From the NCBI GenBank assembly GCA_964503485.1, contig CAZDBH010000003.1, forward strand, positions 678 to 64,677: 64,000 nt of DNA, written 5' to 3'. Below, piece by piece: positions 1 to 10,700 of this stretch (position 1 is its first letter; every line of letters starts with the position of its first letter). The translations under genes and the position numbers were made by a program. The notes below the pieces were generated by a model that was not told where the DNA came from, ran no database searches, and saw only the letters and a program-made list of their open reading frames with translations. Source of the DNA: an uncultured Bradymonadales bacterium. Lineage in GTDB: Bacteria > Myxococcota_A > Bradymonadia > JAFGEP01.

Positions 1-762
1 ATCCAGGGCGGCGTTCTGAGAGGCGAAGTGGCTGACGTCTTGCTGATTGACGTCACACCGTTGTCCCTGGGTGTAGAAACCCAAGGCGGTGTGTTCACCA
101 AGCTCATCGACCGAAACTCGAAACTGCCCTGCTCCTCTTTTCAGGTGTTCAGTACGACGGTCGATAATCAATCTCTGGTTACCGTGCACGTTCTACAGGG
201 AGAGCGGCCACTGGCGGCAGACAATCACTCCTTGGCCAGATTCGATCTCATCGGAATTCCCCCGGCCCCTCGTGGTGTTCCCCAGATCGAAGTGAAGTTC
301 GCGATCGATGCCAATGGCCTGGTCTCGGTAGAAGCGACCGAGCTCGGTACCGGGAAGAAACAGTCGGTTGTCGTGACCGCGACCGGTGGCCTCAATGAGG
401 AGGACATCGACGAGCTGGTCGCGCTGGCCGACCAGCGAAGCGAAGACGATCGGGAACGGCGTGCTTTGGTGGAGCTAAGAAACCGAGCCAAAGGCCTGAT
501 CTACACCACGGAGCGAAGCCTAGTTGAGTACGCCGAATTTGTCGGTGTGGATGCGCTTGATATTCTGCAGCAGGAACTTGCGCACTGCTCCGAAGTAGTC
601 GGCAGAAAGCACGCTCTACCGGACGAGCTGCAAGAGGCCATCAACTCTTTGGAGGACGCGGCACACCAACTGGCCGACATGCTCTATCAGGAGATGTCCT
701 TTGACGATGACGGGGAGACCTACGACGACGAAGGTCCGGGTGAATACGAACAAGATATGTAG
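1..762 (+). CDS. dnaK: Molecular chaperone DnaK (Hsp70), C-terminal substrate-binding and lid region. Partial CDS; the 5' end lies outside the window.
   Basis: Frame 1 reads IQGGVLRGEVADVLLIDVTPLSLGVET.. without a start codon, the hallmark DnaK beta-sandwich region. It continues to an acidic EEVD-like tail and a stop at 760-762. Confidence 0.9.
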   Translation: MQGGVLRGEVADVLLIDVTPLSLGVETQGGVFTKLIDRNSKLPCSSFQVFSTTVDNQSLVTVHVLQGERPLAADNHSLARFDLIGIPPAPRGVPQIEVKFAIDANGLVSVEATELGTGKKQSVVVTATGGLNEEDIDELVALADQRSEDDRERRALVELRNRAKGLIYTTERSLVEYAEFVGVDALDILQQELAHCSEVVGRKHALPDELQEAINSLEDAAHQLADMLYQEMSFDDDGETYDDEGPGEYEQDM

Positions 763-1942
763 CCTGCTCGCCTTCGCGACCTGCCTTTTAGGCTATCACA
801 CAGCCGAAGCCCAAGTCCCGACCTCCCCTCGTATCGGCGTGATCCTACCACTCTCCGGCGACCACGCTCACATTGGGGAACAACTCCTGGATGCCATCAC
901 ACTCGCATTGGAGGATGCGCCCGGTGTTGTCTGGACCGTTGTCGATTCCGGCGGAACCGAAGAAGGCGCCAGGGAACGCGTTCGGGAGCTCACCGGGTTC
1001 CCTGATTTGCTCGCGATCGTCGGCCCAGTAGGGGCCAATGAATCGAGGGCGGCAGCGCAGGAAGCAGAGGTCATTGGCGTCCCCATTTTAACGTTGACCA
1101 GTCAGGACGGGATCGAAGACTTGGGGCCTATGACCTTTCGTTTGCGAGTCTCCCCCGAGGAACAGTCGCGCTGGATGGCTCGGTTCGCTGCAAATGACCT
1201 CGGGGTGGAGCGTGTCGCGATTCTCTACCCCGAAGACGAGTTCGGGAGGTCGTGCATGCGGGCATTTCTCGAGGCGCTCGAGGGCTCCTCGGTTCGGGTG
1301 GTGGGGGTGGAGTCCTACGAACTCGATGAAACCGACTTTGGGGATCCAGTAGAGCTGCTTGTGAATCGTCGTTACCGACAGATACGAATCGAGCCCTTTC
1401 GGCACGAGCCGCGAACTCGGGTTCGGCGTTTATCGCACACCAGCGATGTCGATTTCGATGCCATCTTCATCCCGGAGTTCGATCGCCAAGTCGGCCTCAT
1501 CGTACCGTTCCTAGCCTTCTGGGACGTCCCGATGGATCGTATTACACGCCTTCTAGGCCTCTCGAGCTGGGGTGGTGCCGGCCTTGCTAAGTCCGAAGAC
1601 CTCATCGAAGGCGCGACCTTCACGATGGTCTATCACGAGTCCCTCTACAACTCGGACGCCGAACGCTTCGCCCGCGCCTTTCGAGAAGCCTATGAGAGGG
1701 ACCCTTCTGAGGCCGAAGCTCAGGCATTCGACGCTGTCGGGATACTTCTCGAAGGGGTTCGGCCCTCATCCGCGACGCCGGCAACCCGGCTGAGTCTTGC
1801 TGCATGGCTTCGCGGTGGTCCGCGGCATCGCGGTGCGACGGGCGATTTGTCGATTTCTACAGATGGTGCGGTGGTCCACGACCTATCTCTCTTTGCGACC
1901 GACTCGGCTGGTTATATTTCACCGTGGATACATCTCCGATGA
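740..1942 (+). CDS. Periplasmic ligand-binding protein of the type-1 PBP fold (LivK/LpoA-like), secreted.
   Basis: ORF 701-1942. A signal-peptide-like segment (KICSLLAFATCLLGYHTAEAQ) is followed by IGVILPLSG..G, typical of Leu/Ile/Val-binding-protein and LpoA-like folds. The GTG at 740 with an upstream GAAGG avoids a 62-nt overlap with dnaK, so the start is uncertain. Confidence 0.55.
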   Translation: MNTNKICSLLAFATCLLGYHTAEAQVPTSPRIGVILPLSGDHAHIGEQLLDAITLALEDAPGVVWTVVDSGGTEEGARERVRELTGFPDLLAIVGPVGANESRAAAQEAEVIGVPILTLTSQDGIEDLGPMTFRLRVSPEEQSRWMARFAANDLGVERVAILYPEDEFGRSCMRAFLEALEGSSVRVVGVESYELDETDFGDPVELLVNRRYRQIRIEPFRHEPRTRVRRLSHTSDVDFDAIFIPEFDRQVGLIVPFLAFWDVPMDRITRLLGLSSWGGAGLAKSEDLIEGATFTMVYHESLYNSDAERFARAFREAYERDPSEAEAQAFDAVGILLEGVRPSSATPATRLSLAAWLRGGPRHRGATGDLSISTDGAVVHDLSLFATDSAGYISPWIHLR

Positions 1943-2021
1943 CTGCCTTGGATACGTCCCCGATAGAGATCGCGGCGCTTGAAGCTATTCCTGTCTCTCG
2001 GAATATCGTGTAGAAGCAGGC

Positions 2022-2951
2022 ATGGATTCGTCCCCCCAACTCGAGGCCGCTCCCCCGAAAAAGGACAGACGCTGGCTCCATTACCTCCTGTTCGGACTGA
2101 CCCTGGCGTCGACGCTCTATTTTGGTTTTGCGATGAGCGAAGGGTTCTATTTCGGGGCTGGCGGTACAGAAGGCGTCGTGCCCAGCTTTCCGTTGGTTGC
2201 TTTCGGCGCTGCGAGCTACTGCCTGTCGATCATGGGCATCCTTCTCGCACACGAAATGGGTCACTACCTGACCGCGAAAAAGTACGGTGTGGACGCGACG
2301 CCCCCGTTTTTTATCCCCATGTACACCATCTTCGGGACGATGGGGGCTTTTATACGAATGCGTGTGACCGAGAAGGTCCGGGGCGATCACTTCATGAAGA
2401 TCGCAGCCTACGGGCCGTTGGCCGGTTTCGCGGTGACTGTGCCTGTGGTCTTCTTTGGCCTGGCTCTCTCGTCGGTCGGTCCCGCGCCGGTCGATGGTGG
2501 CTCGGGAATGGCGTTGGGGGATTCCGCCCTCTTCCTGCTTTTCGAACCGATCTTCTTTAGCGAGCTACCGGCTGGGTACGACATTTGGCTGCACCCAATG
2601 GCCTTCGCGGGCTGGGCTGGCCTGTTCGTGACCGCGATCAACCTGATACCGGTCGGGCAGCTCGATGGCGGTCATATCTCCTATTGTCTTTTCGGCGAAA
2701 GTCACAACCGGGTAGTGCCTCTGGTTTTTGGCGGCTTTCTGGCCGTAACGTTTTTCGTTTTTGCAGGTTGGGTCGCGATCTGTATCTTCGTGTTCTTGAT
2801 GGGAATCAAACATCCTCCCCTTTGCACTGGGTTGCCGGTGGGGGGAGTGAGTCGAAGAATTGGTGTGCTCACCGTTGTAGTTTTCTTCCTGTCCTTTACA
2901 CCGATTCCTTTCGAGGGCTTTCCGTCTTTGTTGGAGATGCTTGCCCCATGA
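2022..2951 (+). CDS. Peptidase M50 (site-2 protease family) integral membrane zinc metalloprotease.
   Basis: Multiple predicted TM helices, an HEMGHY (HExxH) motif inside a helix, and a later LDGG motif. Confidence 0.8.
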   Translation: MDSSPQLEAAPPKKDRRWLHYLLFGLTLASTLYFGFAMSEGFYFGAGGTEGVVPSFPLVAFGAASYCLSIMGILLAHEMGHYLTAKKYGVDATPPFFIPMYTIFGTMGAFIRMRVTEKVRGDHFMKIAAYGPLAGFAVTVPVVFFGLALSSVGPAPVDGGSGMALGDSALFLLFEPIFFSELPAGYDIWLHPMAFAGWAGLFVTAINLIPVGQLDGGHISYCLFGESHNRVVPLVFGGFLAVTFFVFAGWVAICIFVFLMGIKHPPLCTGLPVGGVSRRIGVLTVVVFFLSFTPIPFEGFPSLLEMLAP

Positions 2952-3715
2952 AATTCGAGTGCGAAAGCTGTGGTCAGTTAGCCGAGGCCGCCAGTCTCGG
3001 CGTCGAGGACGGCCAAGTCGTCGTCAAATGTAGCCAGTGCGGAGCGATCAACCGCCCCGAATCCAAGGCCGGCAGCGGTCCCCACGAGGCCGCCCCCCTG
3101 GCCGAACAGCGAGAAGAGGTTGCCACCGGCAGCGTCTCGACCTCGGCGGAACCCGTCGAGGAAGAGCCTGAATCACACAGCCAGCCGGGCCCGGTTCGCA
3201 TCCACCACGACGAGATCAAGTGTCCGAAGTGTTTCCATACCCAGCTCGTGCGCTCCAATTGTGCTCGCTGTGGTCTGGACTTGAGTCAATCGGACCTGGA
3301 CAAAGCGCGGTGGGAGCCAGATCCATCAGGCAAGGAAGAGGCCTATGCGCGAGCGCTGGAGCTCTGGGCGCAGATAGAGATATCGCCGGGCGAACGCCAA
3401 CAGCACGAACGGTTTGTGTCTCACTGCACGAATCACCATCTTCTGGACCTGTGTACTAGGCGCTATCGAGAATGGATCTCGGAGAGGCCCGGCGACGAGC
3501 CTGCTACAGAATTCATGATGGTCGCTGTTCAGCGTATGGAGAAAGTGGCACTCGCGATGATGGGTACCCAGGCTTGGGCCGAGAATCTCAAGGACCGCGT
3601 GGCTTCAGTAAGGCGCTTGCTACTGTTTGTTTCGGTCGTGTTGGTCGTGCTCGGGTTGGCCCTGCTCTTCTTGATCATGAAAAAGAAACAAGAGGTACTT
3701 CCCGTCGATCTGTAG
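2948..3715 (+). CDS. MJ0042-type zinc-ribbon protein with a C-terminal transmembrane anchor.
   Basis: The ATG at 2948 overlaps the upstream stop (ATGA). MKFECESCGQ..CSQCGA forms a CxxC..CxxC ribbon and a second CPKC..CARCG pair follows. The terminal LLLFVSVVLVVLGLALLFLIM forms a TM helix. Confidence 0.55.
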   Translation: MKFECESCGQLAEAASLGVEDGQVVVKCSQCGAINRPESKAGSGPHEAAPLAEQREEVATGSVSTSAEPVEEEPESHSQPGPVRIHHDEIKCPKCFHTQLVRSNCARCGLDLSQSDLDKARWEPDPSGKEEAYARALELWAQIEISPGERQQHERFVSHCTNHHLLDLCTRRYREWISERPGDEPATEFMMVAVQRMEKVALAMMGTQAWAENLKDRVASVRRLLLFVSVVLVVLGLALLFLIMKKKQEVLPVDL

Positions 3716-3784
3716 CCTTCCGGTATGACTGATTCGGTGCCATAATGCTTGAACGACTTCAGCCAAGCGGTCGGTAGGAAACGA

Positions 3785-4471
3785 ATGGTTCAGTTCAATC
3801 TGAAAAAGCGCGAAGTTGCAATCAAGATCGTTTACTACGGCCCGCCGTTGAGCGGCAAAACCACGAACCTGCAAGCGCTTTTCGGAGAAGCCGACAAAAT
3901 GTCTCGTGGCCGGCTGGTCACTCTCGAGACACGCGACGACAGAACGATCTACTTCGACATGTTGCCGGTTGTCCTGTCCTCTCGCTCCGGCCATCGTCTG
4001 ACCTTCAAGCTCTACACAGTACCCGGGCAGCCGGTGCACAATGCGACCCGTCGAGTCGTGCTGCGGGGAGTGGATGGGGTTGCGTTTATTGCCAGCAGCG
4101 AGCGCAATGAGCTCGAGAACAACACACTGTCGTGGTCGAACCTATTGGAGAACCTCGAGGCCAATAACCTGAAAATTCAGGACGTCCCGGCGGTCATCCA
4201 GTTCAATAAACAAGACCTGCCAGACGTCCTTACGGCCGCCGAAATGAAGGCCGTGGAACGTTATTCCGGTGTACCGACCTTCGGAGCCACTGTCATTCGC
4301 GGAGAGGGGGCGTACGAAACCCTCAATGGGCTGCTGTTGCGGCTCTGGGATCAACTCTGTGAACGGCAGAACCTCGACAAGCGGCTCGGCTTGACCAAAG
4401 AAGAATTCGCTTCACACGTCAAAAAAGTCTTTGGAAAATCGTTAAATCCCTATGGACGACCTGGGTTCTGA
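3785..4471 (+). CDS. mglA: MglA-family Ras-like small GTPase (paralogue of the mutual gliding-motility protein A).
   Basis: IKIVYYGPPLSGKTTNLQ is the P-loop. RDDRTIYFD carries the intrinsic Arg finger and YTVPGQ the catalytic Gln. NKQDL is the G4 box. It aligns along its length to M. xanthus MglA. A start at 3749 is also possible. No Roadblock/LC7 (MglB) gene is adjacent, so it may be a paralogue rather than the true mglA. Confidence 0.7.
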   Translation: MVQFNLKKREVAIKIVYYGPPLSGKTTNLQALFGEADKMSRGRLVTLETRDDRTIYFDMLPVVLSSRSGHRLTFKLYTVPGQPVHNATRRVVLRGVDGVAFIASSERNELENNTLSWSNLLENLEANNLKIQDVPAVIQFNKQDLPDVLTAAEMKAVERYSGVPTFGATVIRGEGAYETLNGLLLRLWDQLCERQNLDKRLGLTKEEFASHVKKVFGKSLNPYGRPGF

Positions 4472-5828
4472 AATAAGCGTCTCCCTCGCGGAAGTCGTTC
4501 ACAAAGACCGCGAGCTCTTTCAAGAGGTTTGCCAGAGCTATGTCGATCTGTATCGAGTAGCGGTGAAACTTCTCGACAACCAGGGTAGCCGACTGATGGA
4601 CATCCCCAGTCGCGCCGAGCTCTGCCAGTATATCTATGGCTTCCAGACCTGCCGGCTGGGATGTGTTCGCACGGTAAACGCGATCCGATTCCACGAACCG
4701 GCCTTTCAAACAGTGGAACAATCCGTCTGTTTCAGCGGCGCAGAGTACCGAATCGTCCCAATCCACTATGCTACTGACGTAGTTGGCAAGGTCGTCTTCG
4801 GACCGTTTCTGCCGACCACTGTCACGGGCCCTCCAGCGCACTTCTTGGCCATGGATCCGGGTCTGGACGCACGAGCCGCATGGGAAAAAACCGTGCGCTT
4901 CCGAAAGATGAGCCCCACTCTCGCCGAAAAGGTAGCTCGAAACCTGGCGACCGTGATCGAGGTGATGTCGTTTGTCGGTTTCAAGGGGCAGATGACAACC
5001 GATATGCACGTCGAATCGATAACCGAGGCCTACGCGGAGCTCGAAGCGAAGAACAAAGCACTCGAAGCATCCGTTCATACCCTTCAAGGCCTCAACGAAG
5101 AACGCTCGACCTTCCTCGCGAGAATCAGCGATCAGGTCAAGAAGCCGCTCACTAATCTCATCGGATATGCAGAAATGTTGGCCGAAGGAATCGGCGGCGA
5201 CGTTACCGAGGATCAGACCGAGTTTCTCGGGACGATGATCGCCCAAGGCGAACTGATTCTCGGTCTTGCTGAAACGATGGATGAGTTGTCCCTGATCGAG
5301 CGAGGTCAGATCAACATCGCCCCCCATTCGGCGTCGATCGAAGAGCTGCTCATGTCGGTCTTGGACTTTGGGCAGAAGCAAGGCGAGCTACACGACGTCG
5401 AGGTCGAGATTCTCCCAGCCGATCCAGACCTGCCAAAGCTGTGGGTCGACGAAGACAGAATCCGCTCGATTCTGCTGAGAATCATCGACAACGCTGTTAA
5501 GTTCACCCCCGCTGGCGGTCGAGTTGTGATTTCGGCCTTTGGGGAGGACGACATAACCGATGGCGATCCTGTGCCACCCGGCTTCGTCGCATTAGCTGTA
5601 ACCGACAGCGGAATCGGCGTGTCCCCGGCCTATCACGACCAGCTCTTTCACCCGTTCTACAGTGTTCACGGCGCCGAGTCCGCATACACCGGAACGGGCG
5701 TTGGTCTCACGATTGCGGCCGCCTATGCCGAGGCACACGGCGGCAAGATACTCGTGCAGAGCAAGCCAAACGCCGGCTCGACGTTTAGCATCCTCCTGCC
5801 AACCAGTCCGTCGAGTTCACTTCCTTAG
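4452..5828 (+). CDS. Sensor histidine kinase with a Cys-containing N-terminal sensor domain (PocR-like?), HisKA and HATPase_c domains.
   Basis: The H-box is ERSTFLARISDQVKKPL. The N box (IIDNAVKF), G1 (DSGIGV) and G2 (GTGVGL) motifs are present. It overlaps the MglA-like gene by 20 nt. The N-terminal 190 aa are soluble and carry four Cys residues. Confidence 0.8.
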   Translation: MDDLGSEISVSLAEVVHKDRELFQEVCQSYVDLYRVAVKLLDNQGSRLMDIPSRAELCQYIYGFQTCRLGCVRTVNAIRFHEPAFQTVEQSVCFSGAEYRIVPIHYATDVVGKVVFGPFLPTTVTGPPAHFLAMDPGLDARAAWEKTVRFRKMSPTLAEKVARNLATVIEVMSFVGFKGQMTTDMHVESITEAYAELEAKNKALEASVHTLQGLNEERSTFLARISDQVKKPLTNLIGYAEMLAEGIGGDVTEDQTEFLGTMIAQGELILGLAETMDELSLIERGQINIAPHSASIEELLMSVLDFGQKQGELHDVEVEILPADPDLPKLWVDEDRIRSILLRIIDNAVKFTPAGGRVVISAFGEDDITDGDPVPPGFVALAVTDSGIGVSPAYHDQLFHPFYSVHGAESAYTGTGVGLTIAAAYAEAHGGKILVQSKPNAGSTFSILLPTSPSSSLP

Positions 5829-5831
5829 CTG

Positions 5832-6812
5832 ATGTCTGAGTTCTCGAACATCGATATCTTCGTAGACCGTCTTGGCGGAAGGGGCTCCTTTGGAGGTGTA
5901 GAGATCGGAAGTGGCGACGACGCCGCTGTTCTTCGAGGAGGGACCTGGCCAGTCGTGTCGGTCGACACGCTGGTCGAAGGTGTTCACTGGGATGAGAAAT
6001 ACTCGAGCTGGGAGGATGTGGGGTACAAATTGTTGGCCTGCAACCTGAGTGATATGGCCGCGATGGGTGCCATTCCAGGGCCCTTCTTGTTGGCGCTCAG
6101 TCTGCCCTCGGCACAGGACGCCGACCTAGCACGTCGGCTGGCCGAAGGCCTGGCCATGGCGCGGGAACCCCACGGCCTGAAAGCTGAAATGGTCCGCCCG
6201 ATTGGGGGAGACTTGACCCGAAGTCCGGGCCCGGCGGTCCTTTCCTTAACCCTTTTCGGACAACCCGGACCTGGCGAGCGCCTTCTGCTGAGGAGCGGCG
6301 CCCGAGTTGGCGACAGTATCTGGGTATCAGGACGCCTTGGCCTCTCCGCCAGTGGCCTTGCGGTTCTCGAAGCAGGCTGCGATCCACAACCGTTCGAAAG
6401 GGCGATTTCTCGTCACCGGCGTCCGGCGGCTCGGCTGGAGCTGGGTCTTGCGCTTGCTGAACATGCAGGGGTCAGCGCCGCCATCGACATCAGCGACGGC
6501 ATCGGCGGCGATCTCCCACATATTCTGCGGGCATCGGGCGGCCTTGGTGCGACCATCCGGGCGGACGACCTTCCGATCGCGGACGAGACCGAGCGCGCTG
6601 GGTCCATTCTCGGACTCGATCCGCTGGAGCTGGCGATTGGGGGCGGCGAGGACTTCGAGCTCTTGGTTACAGCAACGTCCGACGAAGACGCCAACCTGAC
6701 GGCGTTGGGATTGACACCTATCGGGCGCGTTGTGGAAGAGCCGGGCATCACTTACACTGCTCGAGGGGGGAAGCTATCGAATCACGTGATTTTTGGCTAC
6801 CAACACGAGTGA
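5832..6812 (+). CDS. thiL: Thiamine-monophosphate kinase (AIR-synthase-related fold).
   Basis: DDAAVL...VVSVDTLVEGVHW and a later ISDGIGGDL match the ThiL/PurM-like signature. Length 326 aa. Confidence 0.75.
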   Translation: MSEFSNIDIFVDRLGGRGSFGGVEIGSGDDAAVLRGGTWPVVSVDTLVEGVHWDEKYSSWEDVGYKLLACNLSDMAAMGAIPGPFLLALSLPSAQDADLARRLAEGLAMAREPHGLKAEMVRPIGGDLTRSPGPAVLSLTLFGQPGPGERLLLRSGARVGDSIWVSGRLGLSASGLAVLEAGCDPQPFERAISRHRRPAARLELGLALAEHAGVSAAIDISDGIGGDLPHILRASGGLGATIRADDLPIADETERAGSILGLDPLELAIGGGEDFELLVTATSDEDANLTALGLTPIGRVVEEPGITYTARGGKLSNHVIFGYQHE

Positions 6813-6818
6813 CCCCAG

Positions 6819-7766
6819 ATGGAGTACGGACTTCAGAGCGAAGGGTTTGCGTCAAGCTACGCCGCTGACGTAGCCCCGAAGTGGGACAAGGAACTCTGCG
6901 ACGCACTTCGGCCCTACCTGGCCCACGTCGACAATGAGAATGCGCTTGCGGCCGAGTGCCGCGCTGGGCAAATCTGCGACCTCATTTTGGAGTCCGTCGG
7001 AACCGGGCGGGTAATGGCTGTCGATCCGTCCCGAGAGATGCTCGATGTGGCGCGGGGCCGTCTCGCCGAACGGGACGGGCAGTCTGTGTTCTTCAACTGC
7101 CAGTCGACCACCAATCTCAGCTACGCAGGTGGCGTCTTTGGACGTGCAGTATGTCTGGCCGCACCGCTCACCAGGAAGAAGGCCAATCTCGTCGTGGGCG
7201 AACTCAATCGGGTTGTGAAGCCCGGTGGTCTCCTCGCGATTGCGGCACCGGTTTCGGGAACCGACGTGTTTCTCGACCTCCTAGTCGAATCGATCTGCGC
7301 CTGCGCGGCCCTCAACGAGAGATTGCTCGAGGACGTCGAGGCTTTTCGGAACGATCTGGTCAGCGCGGAATCACTGTCTGATTCCCTCGAGCGCCGGGGA
7401 GCCACGGTTGTGGCCAGCGGTCAAATCGACGCCGTGGCTCAGATCAATTATCCTCAAGCGCTCTACTTCACTCCCCTTCTGCAACACCTTTTGCTGCCAC
7501 ATTGGTTGGACGTGGTTTCAGTTCCAGCGCAGCGGAAAGAGCTGATGCAGGACGTCATTAAGAGGGTGCAGCACTACTTCGAGGGTATGGACCTGTCGAT
7601 CACAATCAGCGGCGCTTGGATCGTCGCCAGTACATCCGAAGAGCGACACGAAGAGATCTACGAGATCGAGGACCTCGATGTCGCCGAGGTCGAAGAGGCT
7701 GTGAGCGTCACCTCGAGAGACCTCTTCGATCCGCTGGATGACGACGCACACGAGCCGCCGCTGTGA
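6819..7766 (+). CDS. Class I SAM-dependent methyltransferase-like protein.
   Basis: ILESVGTGRVMAVDPS resembles motif I and VKPGGLL resembles the post-I/motif II region. The call is weak. Confidence 0.45.
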   Translation: MEYGLQSEGFASSYAADVAPKWDKELCDALRPYLAHVDNENALAAECRAGQICDLILESVGTGRVMAVDPSREMLDVARGRLAERDGQSVFFNCQSTTNLSYAGGVFGRAVCLAAPLTRKKANLVVGELNRVVKPGGLLAIAAPVSGTDVFLDLLVESICACAALNERLLEDVEAFRNDLVSAESLSDSLERRGATVVASGQIDAVAQINYPQALYFTPLLQHLLLPHWLDVVSVPAQRKELMQDVIKRVQHYFEGMDLSITISGAWIVASTSEERHEEIYEIEDLDVAEVEEAVSVTSRDLFDPLDDDAHEPPL

Positions 7767-10700
7767 TACCGAACGACCCAGCCAATCTCCGGCCGGGGTC
7801 TCTATTTGCAGGCCGGTATGTCATTCAGTTGAGAGTGGCCACCGGACCCCTATCAGTTGTCCATTTCGCCAGACGTACCGACACAGGACAGCGGGTCGCG
7901 ATCAAATGCCTGCGGGTTGACCGTATAGCCGACGCGGACGTCAGTCGCAGCTTCCGTTCCGAGTGTTTGGTGGCCTCTGGATTACGACATCGAAACACAG
8001 TCCAACTACTCGACTATGGTGCCACCGGTGGCATCCCGTATCTGGTTATGGAAGCCGTGCTGGGATCCAATCTGGGCGGTGTGCTCAAGACGGGAGGCAA
8101 ACTTTCCCCACAACGCGTGACACGCATCGTCAAACAGGTTCTGGATTCGCTCGAAGAGGCGCACAGCCTCGGAGTCCTACACCGCGACATCAAGCCAACC
8201 AACATCATGTTGGCTCAACACCCGTTCGAGAAGGACTTCGTCAAAGTCCTCGACTTCGGGACCGCCACGACGGTGGGCGCTGCAGCCTCGACCCCCTTGG
8301 CAGGGACACCGCTCTACATGGCTCCCGAGCTTACTCAGGGGACGTCGGCGAGCATCGGAAGCGACTTGTACTCGCTGGGCTGCGTGGCATACGAGCTCTC
8401 GGTTGGCAGACCGCCGTTCGAGGGTGAGTCGGCGATCGATACAATGATGATGCACGCCAAGGAGCCTTTTCCTTCGCTGCCCAACGACCTCCACTCACCC
8501 GCTCTGGTGGAGTTCATACAGTGGACTACTCAGAAGGACCCGACTTCGCGTTTGAGGGACGCTCGGACGGCCAGATTGACCCTGACGGGTGAGCGCCAGT
8601 TTGCAACCTTGCCACCGCCCCTATTCCATCGTTTTGGGCAGGTACCCGCAGTCCCGCTCAAAGCCGGAGAGACCTTGAGAGCGGTCGAGGTGGAGAGACG
8701 TGATGACTCCAACCGGCTGTTACGCGCGGTGGTTGAGGCCGTCGACTCGCCTCTTCCGACCTTTGTGTTCCTGACCGGATTGTCGGGTTCGGGGGTAAGT
8801 AGATTGGCAAGCGACGTGCTGGCTCTGGACGCTATCCAGAGACGAGTCGAGGTGAAGTCCGCTCGCTGTTGGCCGTCGAAAACATCCGAAGGCAAGCCAC
8901 TGGCGAATGCCTTCGCAGAGCCAGACGACGGCGATCCGCTTTCGAGGCTCGAAATGGCCACACGGCTGTGGGATAGGGCAAAGGAAAGGCCCTCGCTCCT
9001 GTTCTTGGACGAGATTCATCTTGCTGACGAGCTTACGCTCGGAATACTGGAACGCTGGCTCCATAAGGGTCGGGGAATCCCCCAGAATCTCACAGTGGTG
9101 GGAACGGTTCGTCTGCACGATCCGCGTACCAATCGCGGCTTCGATCAGATCTGCGGCCGCCTCGTGGGCCGATGGGCCCAACATCTGAGAGTCATCTCGA
9201 TCGAGAACCCGCCGGTATCGCAGGTGGGTGAGCTCGTATCCGAGACGTTCGGACCGTCAGACCAAGCAAAGCAGATCCTGTGGAATCTGACCCGTGGCCA
9301 TCTGCATTACCTGACCCAACTCTACCATCACTGCCACCAAGACCGCTCAGCGCGAATGGCGGTGGCGACCATCACCAAAACCACCGGCGCCAGAGGTCCA
9401 GAACTGCGAATGCCGACCAGTTTTCGCGATCTCGTAATCCGGCGGCTTGCGTCTACTCGAACCGAATCGCCGGGCCTCCACTATACGTTGCTCGCGCTCG
9501 CGGTGCTGGGCGGGAGCGCACGTGTAACCAAGCTCGACGAGATGGCAAAGGCTCTGCCCGACCAAGAGGAGGGCCTCTTCAGCCTCGATGATGTCGCCGA
9601 CTACGTTTCGCTCGGTTGCTCGCTCGGCTTACTAGTGGATGAGAGCACTGGTCACGAAACGCGCGTCCGGCTTGCCAACGACGCACTGTTCGAGGTCATC
9701 GTCTCGTCGATGATCGACAGTGGCCAATGGCAGACCGCCAACCTGAAAGCGGCACAAACTGCGCTGAGTACACAGCGAGGTGCATTCGGCCAACATTCTA
9801 CCTCGGCGTTTCACGCTCTCATCGGCGGAAACGTCGCAGAAGGATGCCGGCAGTTGATTCAAGCCTCTCACACCGCCCGTTCTGGCGGAGATCTGGTGCA
9901 CGCCGGCCAGCTTCTGGAGCTGGCCCACTTGCGTGCCGAGGCGGCAGAACTCTCGCCGCAAGAACGTCTACAGATCATGTTGCTGCTGGCCGAAATCAAA
10001 CGAACCTCGGGGGTCTGGGGAGCAGCCCAAGACTTGTTTGAACGAGCCCTCGAGTTCCCGCATACCGAGGACGACTCGGAACGCCGGTTGCGTTTGCGGC
10101 TCGATCTCGCCGACGTGATGATCTCCCGGGGCGACTTAGAGAACGCGAGGGAGCAACTGAGTTCCGCGCTGGGTGCAGCTGCGGAGCTGGAGCGATTCGA
10201 CCTCGAGGGGGAAACCTCTTTCCACCTCGGCAAGCTCGAAGCAGAGGCCGGCAATCCGGAACAAGCCCAGAGCCTATTTCAGCACGCTAGATTGCTGTTG
10301 AGTCAACAGGGCGATCGTGACTGGCTTCTGAAGATCGATGTCGCTCTCGCAAACTCACTCTTGGAGAGTGGGCAGAACACAGCCGCTCAGCAGTCCCTTT
10401 CACGGGTCGACGAGTCCGCGATCGCCCAATTGGGTGGCACTGTCGAGGCGTCGTTCTTTCACATCAGAGCGAAGTTGGCGTTGCGGTCAAAGGACTACTC
10501 CAAGGCCAAAGAGGACCTCCGAGCGGCGGTCAAGTTGAGGCAGGCCGCGGGGGAAGATCGACAACTCGGTCGATTGATCATGGACCTGGCCTGGACGTAC
10601 TTTCGAGAGGGCAGCTATCAGCGTGCTGCCCGGAGCGCAGCCAGCGCTGCCCGGAACTTTGCGATCGTCGACTATGCCTCCGGAGAATCGGCCGCTCGAG

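Noticed and set aside
4419-5381. 320-aa minus-strand ORF overlapping the histidine kinase gene.
   Set aside because: The opposite strand carries a complete HisKA/HATPase_c protein with clear motifs. The antisense ORF has no motif and is a high-GC shadow ORF.
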